Source of the DNA: Macrostomum lignano
Taxonomy: Eukaryota
Length of the DNA: 64,000 bases
Assembly: GCA_002269645.1 (NCBI GenBank)
Contig: NIVC01000945.1
Location: 1 to 64,000 of the forward strand
Direction: 5' to 3'
Shown: positions 25,955 to 47,100 of the stretch, one piece after another
Numbering within the stretch: the first letter of the stretch is position 1
Layout of the letters: every line of letters starts with the position of its first letter
Translations under genes and position numbers: made by a program
The notes under the pieces: generated by a model
The model's input: the letters and a program-made list of their open reading frames with translations, nothing else
Told to the model about the DNA's origin: nothing
The model's database searches: none

Positions 25955-26640
25955 TTTATGGCGATTATTTTTATGGCTAACAATGGAGATTCTTTATGGT
26001 TTTATGGCAATTATTTATGGCTGCTTATAGCAATTATTTAGTTGTTTATGGGACTGTTTAGGTCTGTTTATGGCGATTATTTAGGGCTGTTTATGGCGAT
26101 TTTTTAGGGCTGTTTATGGCGATTTTTAATGGCTTTATGGCAATTATTTATGGCTGTTTATGGCGCTTACTTATGGCTGCTTATAGCAATTATTTTGAGT
26201 TGTTTATGGGACTGTTTAGGTCTGTTTATGGCGATTATTTAGGGCTGTTTATGGCAATTATTTATGGCTGTTTATGGCAATTGTTTATGGCTGTTTATGG
26301 CAATTGTTTAGAATTGTTTATGGGACTGTTTAGGTCAGTTTTATGGTGATTATTTAGGGCTATTTATGGCGACTACTTAGGGCTGTTTATGGCGATTTTT
26401 ATGGCAGTTTTTGGTGATTATTTAGGGCTGTTTATAGCGATTAATAATGGCAGTTTATGGCGATTATGTAGGGCTGTTTATGGCAATTATTTAGGGTTGT
26501 TTATAGCGATTATGTAGGGCTGTTTTTGGCGATTATTTAGGGTTGTTTATGGCAGTTATTTAGAACCGTAGTTGTATCTAGCGATTTTTAGGGCTGTTTT
26601 AGCGATCATTATTGACCGTTTATGACAATTATTAATGACA
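25955..26640. repeat. Degenerate ~23-bp repeat TTTATGGCGATTATTTAGGGCTG
   Basis: Imperfect tandem units with a GGCGATT core. Confidence 0.85.
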
Positions 26641-26930
26641 GTTTTTGTTGATTTTTGTTTCCTAATTATTGAAGGTTTGATAAGGAATCAAATTTTGTAA
26701 AGTTTAAATTCCTAAATTAAGCGATAAAAATTCATTTTTAGAAAGCATAAACGCGCTGGTATGAGTGACTAATTGACATTGTTTTTCAATTCACTAAGCA
26801 GTTTATGCTAGAAGATTGAGACTTTTACATCTATCACGGGTCTGACACTCGTGCCGGAGACCCTGGTTCACTTGGGGCCTGTGTGTGCATGAACATTGGC
26901 CAACCCCCAAGGTACAGAGAGTGTATGTAT

Positions 26931-27660
26931 GGGGGGGGGTTTCACAAACTCGAAATTTCACAACGTCGAAAGCACCTTCTTTCACAAGGTCGAAATTTCA
27001 CAAGGTCGAAATTTCATAACATCGAAAACTCAAATAGCAGCCACTTTCACAAGGTCGAAACTTCACAAGGTCGAAATTTCACAACATCGAAAACTTTAGC
27101 AAAGGACTTCATAAGGTCGAAAATTCACAAGGTCGAAATTTCACAACATCGAAAACTCGAAAAGCAGCCACTTTCATAAGGTAGAAATTTCACAAGGTCG
27201 AAATTTCACAACATCGAAAACTTTAGCAAGAGACTTCATAAGGTCGAAATTTCATAAGGTCGAAATTTCACAACGTAGAAAACTACTGTATGGTTCTTGA
27301 TAGATAAAATTTTCGGCTTTGTGAAATTTCGAGCTTATGAAGTTTCGACCTTGTGAAAGTGGCTGCACTTGAGTTTTCGATGTTATGAAATTTCGACCTT
27401 GTGAAATTTCGACCTTATGAAATCTCTTGCTAGATTTTTCGATGTTGTGAAATTTCGACCTTGTGATGTTTCGACCTTGTGAAAGTGGCTGCTATTTGAG
27501 TTTTCGATGTTGTGAAATTTCGACCTTATGAAATTTCGACCTTATGAAGTCTCTTGCTAAAGTTTTCGATGTTGTGAAATTTCGACCTTGTGAAGTTTCG
27601 ACCTTGTGAAATAATTTACTTTTCGACGTTGTGAAATTTCGACCTTGTGAAAGCACCCCT
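26931..27660. mobile_element. Foldback-type non-autonomous element, about 730 bp; arms built of CACAAGGTCGAAATTT subrepeats; flanked by ATGTAT direct repeats
   Basis: The left half has subrepeats on +, the right half on -, around a ~35-bp unique centre (about 27285-27320). The ends are imperfect inverted repeats. ATGTAT lies at 26925-26930 and 27661-27666. Confidence 0.8.
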
Positions 27661-28324
27661 ATGTATGTGCCAGGAGCCAGCGGAACGGGCAGAACGTCAA
27701 CATTAGTTGCAGGACGATGTCCTCCTATACAAATAATCATTATGCATTAGACATCTTTATATACTCGAACGTGTACAATTTCTAAAAAAACACAAATATT
27801 ACCAGGGCCTCTTTTTATAGGTATAACCTCGTGGCACACGGCAGATAAAGAGAGCTGCTTTGGAGAGAGAGAGGCAGACTAGAAGCGAAGTTCGAGTGGC
27901 TGCTCCAGGGGCTCCTCAATTCCATCTTGATTGATCTGGGGGGGGGGTTGCAGCATCCACCGCCACCCCCCCTTCAAAACCCCCTGGCGTCTCCTCAGTC
28001 ACCCTCTATCAGGCGGCGGCCGCAGCTCCATATATTCAATATAGCTACTTTGAGGCTGGCACGGATGACTCTTATCGGCTCGATTCTGTCTCATCCCCCT
28101 CTCTCTATTCTTAACTAACTAATGCTTCGAGTGAGTCCAAGCGGAGAGAAGAGGGCGCCGGCCGGCCAAACTCATCATCGTTTATCCACCGAAAACGGCT
28201 GGCGGGGAGGGGCGGCGGCGAGGCTGACTCAGCGGGGAGCCGCCAGACTGACTCGACTACTGCTGTTGCCTTGGTAGTTTCTAGATTTTTTGAGCATAGG
28301 CATTTATTTTTCTGTCATATTTAC

Positions 28325-29030
<706 letters not shown>

Positions 29031-29088
29031 TCTTCAAGTCCCCTGCGTTTCTGATAGATAGTACAGTTAAGTTCATAATTAATGTGTC

Positions 29089-30117
29089 TCAGATTTTGTT
29101 GGAGTACTCGTACACCTGCACCAAAAAACTATTGTCTGTCCTCCAGAAGCAGACTGGCGGAGGAATAATTTGATAAAGTTTATACACTCGCACAACAGTT
29201 TTAATAACATTGTGAGACTAAAAAAAAAGAAGAAAAAATCTTTTTGTCTCAGCTGTCAGTCAATTCATTTTTTAAACTTTAGATTATAAAAGCCAACGGA
29301 TTCGGGCAGCTCAAGACTAACAGACAAAGACGACGGAAGCAGGCAGCTCGCTTGAGAGGATGTCACTGAAAACCAGGAGCAGGTGTCAGTGCATCTTTCT
29401 CTGACTCACCGGCTTGCCGCCTTCATGACGTTGTGGCAGGTTCTTGAAAAATTAATTAGGAAATCCAGTCAGACATTTTTGTTTAAAAGATATAGAGAGA
29501 CAGAGTGACTAAAGGACACCCTTACTGATAGGTATTTTTCCCTAAAGACAGACAGGACAGGACAAACAGGAAGACAGACAGACAAACAGAATCCAGAAGG
29601 CAAAAGGCGGACACTACAGACAAAAAATATATAGAAAAAAACAAGCACGGACGGACAGACAGGCTGAACAATAGACACAGGCAAACAGACAGACAGACAG
29701 ACAGGCAGACAGAGGCAGAAAGACAGGCAACCAGACAGACAGATAGGCAGACAGGCAGGCAGATAGACAGACAGACACTAGGACAGATAGGCAGACAGGC
29801 AATCAGACAGACAGACAGGCAGAGAGAAAGCTGACAGACAGACACACAGACAGACAAATTATCTAACAAACACAGACACAGGCGGCAGTGGGCCAGCTAT
29901 CAGTCAAAAATCCCAATAGCAGTCCCGGCCTACTGAAGGTTGGCCTCTATTCTCACCTTTCATCTCTTCTTCCCAGAGCTCTCCTCTATCTGCGTTCTTA
30001 TCTCACCTGGCGAGCAGTCACCTGGATAGCAACGTCATATGTCGGTGCAATGCCCCAAGTAGGGTCTGCAGCCTTAGTCTGTCTAGACACACCGTTCCCC
30101 ATAATTTTCCATCCTCT
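29089..30117 (-). CDS. Candidate small spliced gene of unknown product (exons 30117-30022 or 30007, 29442-29410, then 29365, 29153 or 29115 onward)
   Basis: Strong acceptor ttctatttttctcccactcag|30117; 33-nt exon bounded by ttttcaag| and |gtgagt; 44-nt intron with CTGAC branch-like site. Two phase-consistent open translations exist; no homologue recognised. Confidence 0.3.
29545..29880. repeat. Degenerate (GACA)n microsatellite
   Basis: GACA/GGCA runs. Confidence 0.85.
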
Positions 30118-30504
30118 CTGAGTGGGAGAAAAATAGAATGAAATCGAAGGGACTTATTCTAGCTATGCACAAAAAAATAAACCAGCGCTGCATCTGAAGA
30201 GACGATTTTTTCTAGGAAAAAAGTAACCCCCATAGATAATATGGCGGTGTTTGTCAGATTTTCTGAATTGGCTCATTATTAGCGCACAGCCCAGGTAGAG
30301 GCGAGCGGGCCCAGAGTAGAATAAAGGCAAATGCCGACAGGTGCGGTGAGTTAAGCCTCTCAGCACCCTCCTCACTTAAATGTCTGTCAGGCTGACTCAA
30401 CCTTTTTGACTTCTGTAAGCTGCGTGCTTTTTGCATAATCGTTTTTGCTTCAAATCAGTGGTTCCCGCTTGCCGCACTGCTGACTGCTGGCACAGGTATG
30501 CCTG

Positions 30505-30580
30505 TGTTTGCCTGCCTGCCTGCCTGTCTGTCTGTCTGTCTGCCTGTCTGTCTGCCTGCCTGTCTGTCTGTCTGCCTGCC

Positions 30581-30637
<57 letters not shown>

Positions 30638-30672
30638 GGCTGTCTGTCTGTCTGTCTGTCTGTCTGTCGTGG

Positions 30673-30716
<44 letters not shown>

Positions 30717-30720
30717 GTGG

Positions 30721-30793
<73 letters not shown>

Positions 30794-30796
30794 GCC

Positions 30797-30828
<32 letters not shown>

Positions 30829-30830
30829 CG
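30505..30830. repeat. (TCTG)n microsatellite
   Basis: Near-pure tetranucleotide run. Confidence 0.97.
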
Positions 30831-31299
30831 ACTGACTCATCCAGCTTGGCTTGCTTTTTCCGCTCGGATGCAGTGCATTAAAAGCAACAATGAAAACGAG
30901 AATGAGCTGAAATTAGAAAGAAAAAACGGATCATTCCAGCAGACAGTCGGCAGGAAAATTTTAGCCTTCTCAGCAATCGAAGCGGCAAATAAGGAAACAA
31001 TGGGGCCCGCATCGCATCGCCTGATTCAGTGAATGCGAAAAAAGCAGAACAACAATGCACTTGACTGGGCTGTCATTGTTTATTTCATGCGCTGCAGCCC
31101 ACAACTCCCAGGGCCACAGCAATTACGGAATTAAATTACCAGAAAACAAGCAATAATAAAAACACCTTTTAACAGACTCATTTATTGCACATGAAATTAA
31201 TTTAGCAGACGATTTATTCTGAGTAAAGCCTGATGGCGGTTCCGAGTTCAGTCCCGCAATCGCCGACAATTTCTCATAACCCAAATTCCCAACCGAACC

Positions 31300-31780
31300 T
31301 CAGAGTCCCGCATCCTAACAGTCGCAGAGTCCCGAATCCCAACCGAGTCCCAGAGTCCCAAATCTCAACTCGAGTCCCAGAGTATCGAATCCAAACCGAG
31401 TCCCAGAGTCCCAAATCTCAACCCGAGTCCCAGAGTCCCAAATCCCAACCGAGTCCCAGAGTCCCAAATCCCAACCCGAGTCCCAGAGTCTCAAATCCCA
31501 ACCGAGTCCCAAAGTCCCGAATACCAACCGACCCGAGTCCCAAAGTCCCAAATCCCAACCGACCCGAGTCCTAAATCCCAACAGTCTCAGAGTCCCAAAT
31601 CCCAACCGAGTTCCAGAGTCCCAAATCCCAACCGACCCGAGTCCCAGAGTCCCAAATCCCAACCGACCCAAGTCCCAGAGTCCCAAATCCCAACCGACCC
31701 GAGTCCCAGAGTCCCAAATCCCAACCGAGTCTCAAAGTCCCAAATCCCAACCGAGTCTCAAAGTCCAAAAACCTAACCGA
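31300..31780. repeat. ~26-bp minisatellite CCGAGTCCCAGAGTCCCAAATCCCAA, immediately 3' of the FDXACB1 stop
   Basis: About 17 imperfect units. Confidence 0.92.
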
Positions 31781-31799
31781 GAACTCATTTCCAAGGCCG

Positions 31800-38075
<6,276 letters not shown>

Positions 38076-38105
38076 CTAGAAAATGCCAAATAGTTAAAAA
38101 CGGAA

Positions 38106-41100
38106 ATCATAAAACCGATCTTCAAACCGAAACCGAACACAGAATCATCAAACCGAACATAGAATCATCAAACCGAACACAGGATCATCAAACCGAACAC
38201 AGGATCATCAAACCGAACACACAATCATCAAACCGAACACAGAATCATCAAACCGAACCCAGAATCATCAAACCGAACACAGGATCATCAAACCGAACAC
38301 AGGATCATCAAACCGAACACAGAATCATCAAACCGAACCCAGAATCATCAAACCGAACACAGGATCATCAAACCGAACACAGGATCATCAAACCGAACAC
38401 AGAATCATCAAACCGAACACAGGATCATCAAACCGAACACAGGATCATCAAACCGAACACAGAATCATCAAACCGAACACAGAATCATCAAACCGAACCA
38501 GAATCATCAAACCGAACACAGATCATCAAACCGAACACAGGATCATCAAACCGAACACAGAATCATCAAACCGAACCCAGAATCATCAAACCGAACACAG
38601 AATCATCAAACCGAACACAGGATCATCAAACCGAACACAGGATCATCAAACCGAACACAGAATCATCAAACCGAACACAGAATCATCAAACCGAACCCAG
38701 AATCATCAAACCGAACACAGAATCATCAAACCGAACACAGGATCATCAAACCGAACACAGGATCATCAAACCGAACACCGAATCATCAAACCGAACACAG
38801 AATCATGAAACCGAACATAGAATCATCAAACCGAACACAGGATCATCAAACCGAACACAGGATCATCAAACCGAACACCGAATCATCAAACCGAACACAG
38901 AATCATGAAACCGAACATAGAATCATCAAACCGAACACAGGATCATCAAACCGAACACAAAATCATCAAACCGAACACAGAATCATGAAACCGAACACAG
39001 AATCATCAAACCGAACACAGAATCATCAAACCGAACACAGGATCATCAAACCGAACACAGGATCATCAAACCGAACACAGGATCATCAAACCGAACACCG
39101 AATCATCAAACCGAACACAGAATCATGAAACCGAACATAGAATCATCAAACCGAACACAGGATCATCAAACCGAACACAAAATCATCAAACCGAACACAG
39201 AATCATGAAACCGAACACAGAATCATCAAACCGAACACAGAATCATCAAACTGAACACAGAATCATCAAACCGAACACAGAATCATGAAACCGAACATAG
39301 AATCATCAAACCGAACACAGGATCATCAAACCGAACACAAAATCATCAAACCGAACACAGAATCATGAAACCGAACACAGAATCATCAAACCGAACACAG
39401 AATCATCAAACCCAACACAGAATCATCAAACCGAACACAGGATCATCAAACCGAACACCGAATCATCAAACCGAACACAGAATCATCAAACCGAACACAG
39501 GATCATCAAACCGAACACAGGATCATCAAACCGAACACCGAATCATCAAACCGAACACAGAATCATGAAACCGAACACAGAATCATCAAACCGAACACAG
39601 GATCATCAAACCCAACACAGAATCATCAAACCGAACACCGAATCATCAAACCGAACACAGAATCATGAAACCGAACATAGAATCATCAAACCGAACACAG
39701 GATCATCAAACCGAACACCGAATCATCAAACCGAACACAGAATCATGAAACCGAACACAGAATCATCAAACCGAACACAGGATCATCAAACCCAACACAG
39801 AATCATCAAACCGAACATAGAATCATCAAACCGAACATAGAATCATCAAACCGAACATAGAATCATCAAACCGAACATAGAATCATCAAACCGAACACAG
39901 AATCATCAAACCCAACACAGAATCATCAAACCGAACACAGGATCATCAAACCGAACACCGAATCATCAAACCGAACACAGAATCATCAAACCGAACACAG
40001 GATCATCAAACCGAACACAGGATCATCAAACCGAACACCGAATCATCAAACCGAACACAGAATCATGAAACCGAACACAGAATCATCAAACCGAACACAG
40101 GATCATCAAACCCAACACAGAATCATCAAACCGAACATAGAATCATCAAACCGAACATAGAATCATCAAACCGAACATAGAATCATCAAACCGAACACAG
40201 AATCATCAAACCCAACACAGAATCATCAAACCGAACATAGAATCATCAAACCGAACACAGAATCATCAAACCCAACACAGAATCATCAAACCGAACATAG
40301 AATCATCAAACAGAACACAGAATCATCAAACCGAACACAGAATCATCAAACCGAACACAGAATCATCAAACAGAACACAGAATCATCAAACCGAACATAG
40401 AATCATCAAACCGAACACAGAATCATCAAATCGAACATAGAACCATCAAACCGAACACAGAATCATCAAACCGAACACAGGATCATCAAACCGAACACAG
40501 AATCATCAAACCGAACACAGAATCATCAAACCGAACATAGAATCATCAAACCGAAAGCAGAATCGTCAAACCGAACACAGAATCGTCAAACCGAACACAC
40601 ACACAGAATCATCAAACCGAACACAGAATCATGAAACCGAACACAGAATCATGAAACCGAACACAGGATCATCAAACCGAACATAGAATCATCAATCCGA
40701 ACACAGAATCGTCAAACCGAACAAACACACAGAATCATGAAACCGAACACAGAATCATCAAACCGAACACAGAATCATCAAACCGAACACAGAATCATCA
40801 AACCGAACACAGAATCGTCAAACCGAACACACACAGAATCATGAAACCGAACACAGAATCATCAAACCGAACACAGGATCATCAAACCGAACACCGAATC
40901 ATCAAACCGAACACAGAATCATGAAACCGAACACAGAATCATCAAACCGAACACAGGATCATCAAACCCAACACAGAATCATCAAACCGAACATAGAATC
41001 ATCAAACCGAACATAGAATCATCAAACCGAACATAGAATCATCAAACCGAACATAGAATCATCAAACCGAACACAGAATCATCAAACCCAACACAGAATC

Positions 41101-44100
41101 ATCAAACCGAACATAGAATCATCAAACCGAACACAGAATCATCAAACCCAACACAGAATCATCAAACCGAACATAGAATCATCAAACAGAACACAGAATC
41201 ATCAAACCGAACACAGAATCATCAAACCGAACATAGAATCATCAAACCGAACACAGAATCATCAAATCGAACACAGAATCATCAAATCGAACATAGAACC
41301 ATCAAACCGAACACAGAATCATCAAACCGAACACAGGATCATCAAACCGAACACAGAATCATCAAACCGAACACAGAATCATCAAACCGAACATAGAATC
41401 ATCAAACCGAACACAGAATCGTCAAACCGAACACAGAATCGTCAAACCGAACACACACACAGAATCATCAAACCGAACACAGAATCATGAAACCGAACAC
41501 AGAATCATCAAACCGAACACAGGATCATCAAACCGAATAAACACAGAATCATCAAACTGAAAACAGAATCATGAAACCGAACGCAGAATCATGAAACCGA
41601 ACACAGGATCATCAAACCGAACATAGAATCATCAAACCGAACACAGAATCGTCAAACCGAACACACACACAGAATCATGAAACCGAACACAGAATCATCA
41701 AACCGAACACAGAATCATCAAACCGAACACAGAATCATCAAACCGAACACAGAATCGTCAAACCGAACACACACACAGAATCATGAAACCGAACACAGAA
41801 TCATCAAACCGAACACAGGATCATCAAACCGAACACAGAATCATCAAACCGAACACAGGATCATCAAACCGAACACAGAATCATCAAACCGAACACAGAA
41901 TCATCAAACCAAACACAGGATCATCAAACCGAACACAGAATCATCAAACCGAACACAGGATCATCAAACCGAACACAGGATCATCAAACCGAACACAGGA
42001 TCATCAAACCGAACACAGGATCATCAAACCGAACATAGAATCATCAAAGCGAACATAGAATCATCAAACCGAACATAGAATCATCAAACCGAACACAGAA
42101 TCATCAAACCGAACACAGAATCATCAAACCGAACATAGAATCATCAAACCGAACACAGAATCGTCAAACCGAACACAGAATCGTCAAAACGAACACAGGA
42201 TCATCAAACCGAACACAGGATTATCAAACCGAACACAGAATCATCAAACCGAACACAGAATCATCAAACCGAACATAGAATCATCAAACCGAACACAGAA
42301 TCGTCAAACCGAACACAGAATCGTCAAACCGAACACACACACAGAATCATCAAACCGAACACAGAATCATGAAACCGAACACAGAATCATCAAACCGAAC
42401 ACAGGATCATCAAACCGAATACACACAGAATCATCAAACTGAAAACAGAATCATGAAACCGAACACAGAATCATAAAACCGAACACAGGATCATCAAACC
42501 GAACATAGAATCATCAAACCGAACACAGGATCATCAAACCGAACACCGAATCATCAAACCGAACACAGAATCATGAAACCGAACACAGAATCATCAAACA
42601 GAACACAGAATCATCAAACCGAACACAGAATCATCAAACCGAACACAGAATCATCAAACAGAACACAGAATCATCAAACCGAACATAGAATCATCAAACC
42701 GAACACAGAATCATCAAATCGAACATAGAACCATCAAACCGAACACAGAATCATCAAACCGAACACAGGATCATCAAACCGAACACAGAATCATCAAACC
42801 GAACACAGAATCATCAAACCGAACATAGAATCATCAAACCGAACACAGAATCGTCAAACCGAACACAGAATCGTCAAACCGAACACACACACAGAATCAT
42901 CAAACCGAACACAGAATCATGAAACCGAACACAGAATCATCAAACCGAACACAGGATCATCAAACCGAACATAGAATCATCAATCCGAACACAGAATCGT
43001 CAAACCGAACACACACACAGAATCATGAAACCGAACACAGAATCATCAAACCGAACACAGAATCATCAAACCGAACACAGAATCATCAAACAGAACACAG
43101 AATCATCAAACCGAACATAGAATCATCAAACCGAACACAGAATCATCAAATCGAACATAGAACCATCAAACCGAACACAGAATCATCAAACCGAACACAG
43201 GATCATCAAACCGAACACAGGATCATCAAACCGAACACCGAATCATCAAACCGAACACAGAATCATCAAACCGAACATAGAATCATCAAACCGAACACAG
43301 GATCATCAAACCGAACACAAAATCATCAAACCGAACACAGAATCATGAAACCGAACACAGAATCATCAAACCGAACACAGAATCATCAAACTGAACACAG
43401 AATCATCAAACCGAACACAGAATCATGAAACCGAACATAGAATCATCAAACCGAACACAGGATCATCAAACCGAACACAAATCATCAAACCGAACACAGA
43501 ATCATGAAACCGAACACAGAATCATCAAACCGAACACAGAATCATCAAACCCAACACAGAATCATCAAACCGAACACAGGATCATCAAACCGAACACCGA
43601 ATCATCAAACCGAACACAGAATCATCAAACCGAACACAGGATCATCAAACCGAACACAGGATCATCAAACCGAACACCGAATCATCAAACCGAACACAGA
43701 ATCATGAAACCGAACACAGAATCATCAAACCGAACACAGGATCATCAAACCCAACACAGAATCATCAAACCGAACACCGAATCATCAAACCGAACACAGA
43801 ATCATGAAACCGAACATAGAATCATCAAACCGAACACAGGATCATCAAACCGAACACCGAATCATCAAACCGAACACAGAATCATGAAACCGAACACAGA
43901 ATCATCAAACCGAACACAGGATCATCAAACCCAACACAGAATCATCAAACCGAACATAGAATCATCAAACCGAACATAGAATCATCAAACCGAACATAGA
44001 ATCATCAAACCGAACATAGAATCATCAAACCGAACACAGAATCATCAAACCCAACACAGAATCATCAAACCGAACACAGGATCATCAAACCGAACACCGA

Positions 44101-47100
44101 ATCATCAAACCGAACACAGAATCATCAAACCGAACACAGGATCATCAAACCGAACACAGGATCATCAAACCGAACACCGAATCATCAAACCGAACACAGA
44201 ATCATGAAACCGAACACAGAATCATCAAACCGAACACAGGATCATCAAACCCAACACAGAATCATCAAACCGAACATAGAATCATCAAACCGAACATAGA
44301 ATCATCAAACCGAACATAGAATCATCAAACCGAACACAGAATCATCAAACCCAACACAGAATCATCAAACCGAACATAGAATCATCAAACCGAACACAGA
44401 ATCATCAAACCCAACACAGAATCATCAAACCGAACATAGAATCATCAAACAGAACACAGAATCATCAAACCGAACACAGAATCATCAAACCGAACACAGA
44501 ATCATCAAACAGAACACAGAATCATCAAACCGAACATAGAATCATCAAACCGAACACAGAATCATCAAATCGAACATAGAACCATCAAACCGAACACAGA
44601 ATCATCAAACCGAACACAGGATCATCAAACCGAACACAGAATCATCAAACCGAACACAGAATCATCAAACCGAACATAGAATCATCAAACCGAAAGCAGA
44701 ATCGTCAAACCGAACACAGAATCGTCAAACCGAACACACACACAGAATCATCAAACCGAACACAGAATCATGAAACCGAACACAGAATCATGAAACCGAA
44801 CACAGGATCATCAAACCGAACATAGAATCATCAATCCGAACACAGAATCGTCAAACCGAACACACACACAGAATCATGAAACCGAACACAGAATCATCAA
44901 ACCGAACACAGAATCATCAAACCGAACACAGAATCATCAAACCGAACACAGAATCGTCAAACCGAACACACACACAGAATCATGAAACCGAACACAGAAT
45001 CATCAAACCGAACACAGGATCATCAAACCGAACACCGAATCATCAAACCGAACACAGAATCATGAAACCGAACACAGAATCATCAAACCGAACACAGGAT
45101 CATCAAACCCAACACAGAATCATCAAACCGAACATAGAATCATCAAACCGAACATAGAATCATCAAACCGAACATAGAATCATCAAACCGAACATAGAAT
45201 CATCAAACCGAACACAGAATCATCAAACCCAACACAGAATCATCAAACCGAACATAGAATCATCAAACCGAACACAGAATCATCAAACCAACACAGAATC
45301 ATCAAACCGAACATAGAATCATCAAACAGAACACAGAATCATCAAACCGAACACAGAATCATCAAACCGAACATAGAATCATCAAACCGAACACAGAATC
45401 ATCAAATCGAACACAGAATCATCAAATCGAACATAGAACCATCAAACCGAACACAGAATCATCAAACCGAACACAGGATCATCAAACCGAACACAGAATC
45501 ATCAAACCGAACACAGAATCATCAAACCGAACATAGAATCATCAAACCGAACACAGAATCGTCAAACCGAACACAGAATCGTCAAACCGAACACACACAC
45601 AGAATCATCAAACCGAACACAGAATCATGAAACCGAACACAGAATCATCAAACCGAACACAGGATCATCAAACCGAATAAACACAGAATCATCAAACTGA
45701 AAACAGAATCATGAAACCGAACGCAGAATCATGAAACCGAACACAGGATCATCAAACCGAACATAGAATCATCAAACCGAACACAGAATCGTCAAACCGA
45801 ACACACACACAGAATCATGAAACCGAACACAGAATCATCAAACCGAACACAGAATCATCAAACCGAACACAGAATCATCAAACCGAACACAGAATCGTCA
45901 AACCGAACACACACACAGAATCATGAAACCGAACACAGAATCATCAAACCGAACACAGGATCATCAAACCGAACACAGAATCATCAAACCGAACACAGGA
46001 TCATCAAACCGAACACAGAATCATCAAACCGAACACAGAATCATCAAACCAAACACAGGATCATCAAACCGAACACAGAATCATCAAACCGAACACAGGA
46101 TCATCAAACCGAACACAGGATCATCAAACCGAACACAGGATCATCAAACCGAACACAGGATCATCAAACCGAACATAGAATCATCAAAGCGAACATAGAA
46201 TCATCAAACCGAACATAGAATCATCAAACCGAACACAGAATCATCAAACCGAACACAGAATCATCAAACCGAACATAGAATCATCAAACCGAACACAGAA
46301 TCGTCAAACCGAACACAGAATCGTCAAAACGAACACAGGATCATCAAACCGAACACAGGATTATCAAACCGAACACAGAATCATCAAACCGAACACAGAA
46401 TCATCAAACCGAACATAGAATCATCAAACCGAACACAGAATCGTCAAACCGAACACAGAATCGTCAAACCGAACACACACACAGAATCATCAAACCGAAC
46501 ACAGAATCATGAAACCGAACACAGAATCATCAAACCGAACACAGGATCATCAAACCGAATACACACAGAATCATCAAACTGAAAACAGAATCATGAAACC
46601 GAACACAGAATCATAAAACCGAACACAGGATCATCAAACCGAACATAGAATCATCAAACCGAACACAGGATCATCAAACCGAACACCGAATCATCAAACC
46701 GAACACAGAATCATGAAACCGAACACAGAATCATCAAACAGAACACAGAATCATCAAACCGAACACAGAATCATCAAACCGAACACAGAATCATCAAACA
46801 GAACACAGAATCATCAAACCGAACATAGAATCATCAAACCGAACACAGAATCATCAAATCGAACATAGAACCATCAAACCGAACACAGAATCATCAAACC
46901 GAACACAGGATCATCAAACCGAACACAGAATCATGAAACCGAACACAGGATCATCAAACCGAACATAGAATCATCAAACCGAACACAGAATCGTCAAACC
47001 GAACACAGAATCGTCAAACCGAACACACACACAGAATCATCAAACCGAACACAGAATCATGAAACCGAACACAGAATCATGAAACCGAACACAGGATCAT

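Noticed and set aside
25955-26640. TTAGGG within repeat units (TAGGG-like at 13404-14845) as interstitial telomere
   Set aside because: The hexamer is embedded once per longer unit and never tandemly repeated.
27950-28270. GC-rich exon-like stretch (ASTATPPSKPPG...YQAAAAAPYIQYSYFEAG...)
   Set aside because: Acceptor lacks a pyrimidine tract, no partner exons were found, and no homology was recognised.
29410-30117. Faint resemblance of the candidate gene to LAMTOR5 or C1orf109
   Set aside because: Only scattered residues match by eye; not enough to assign a name.
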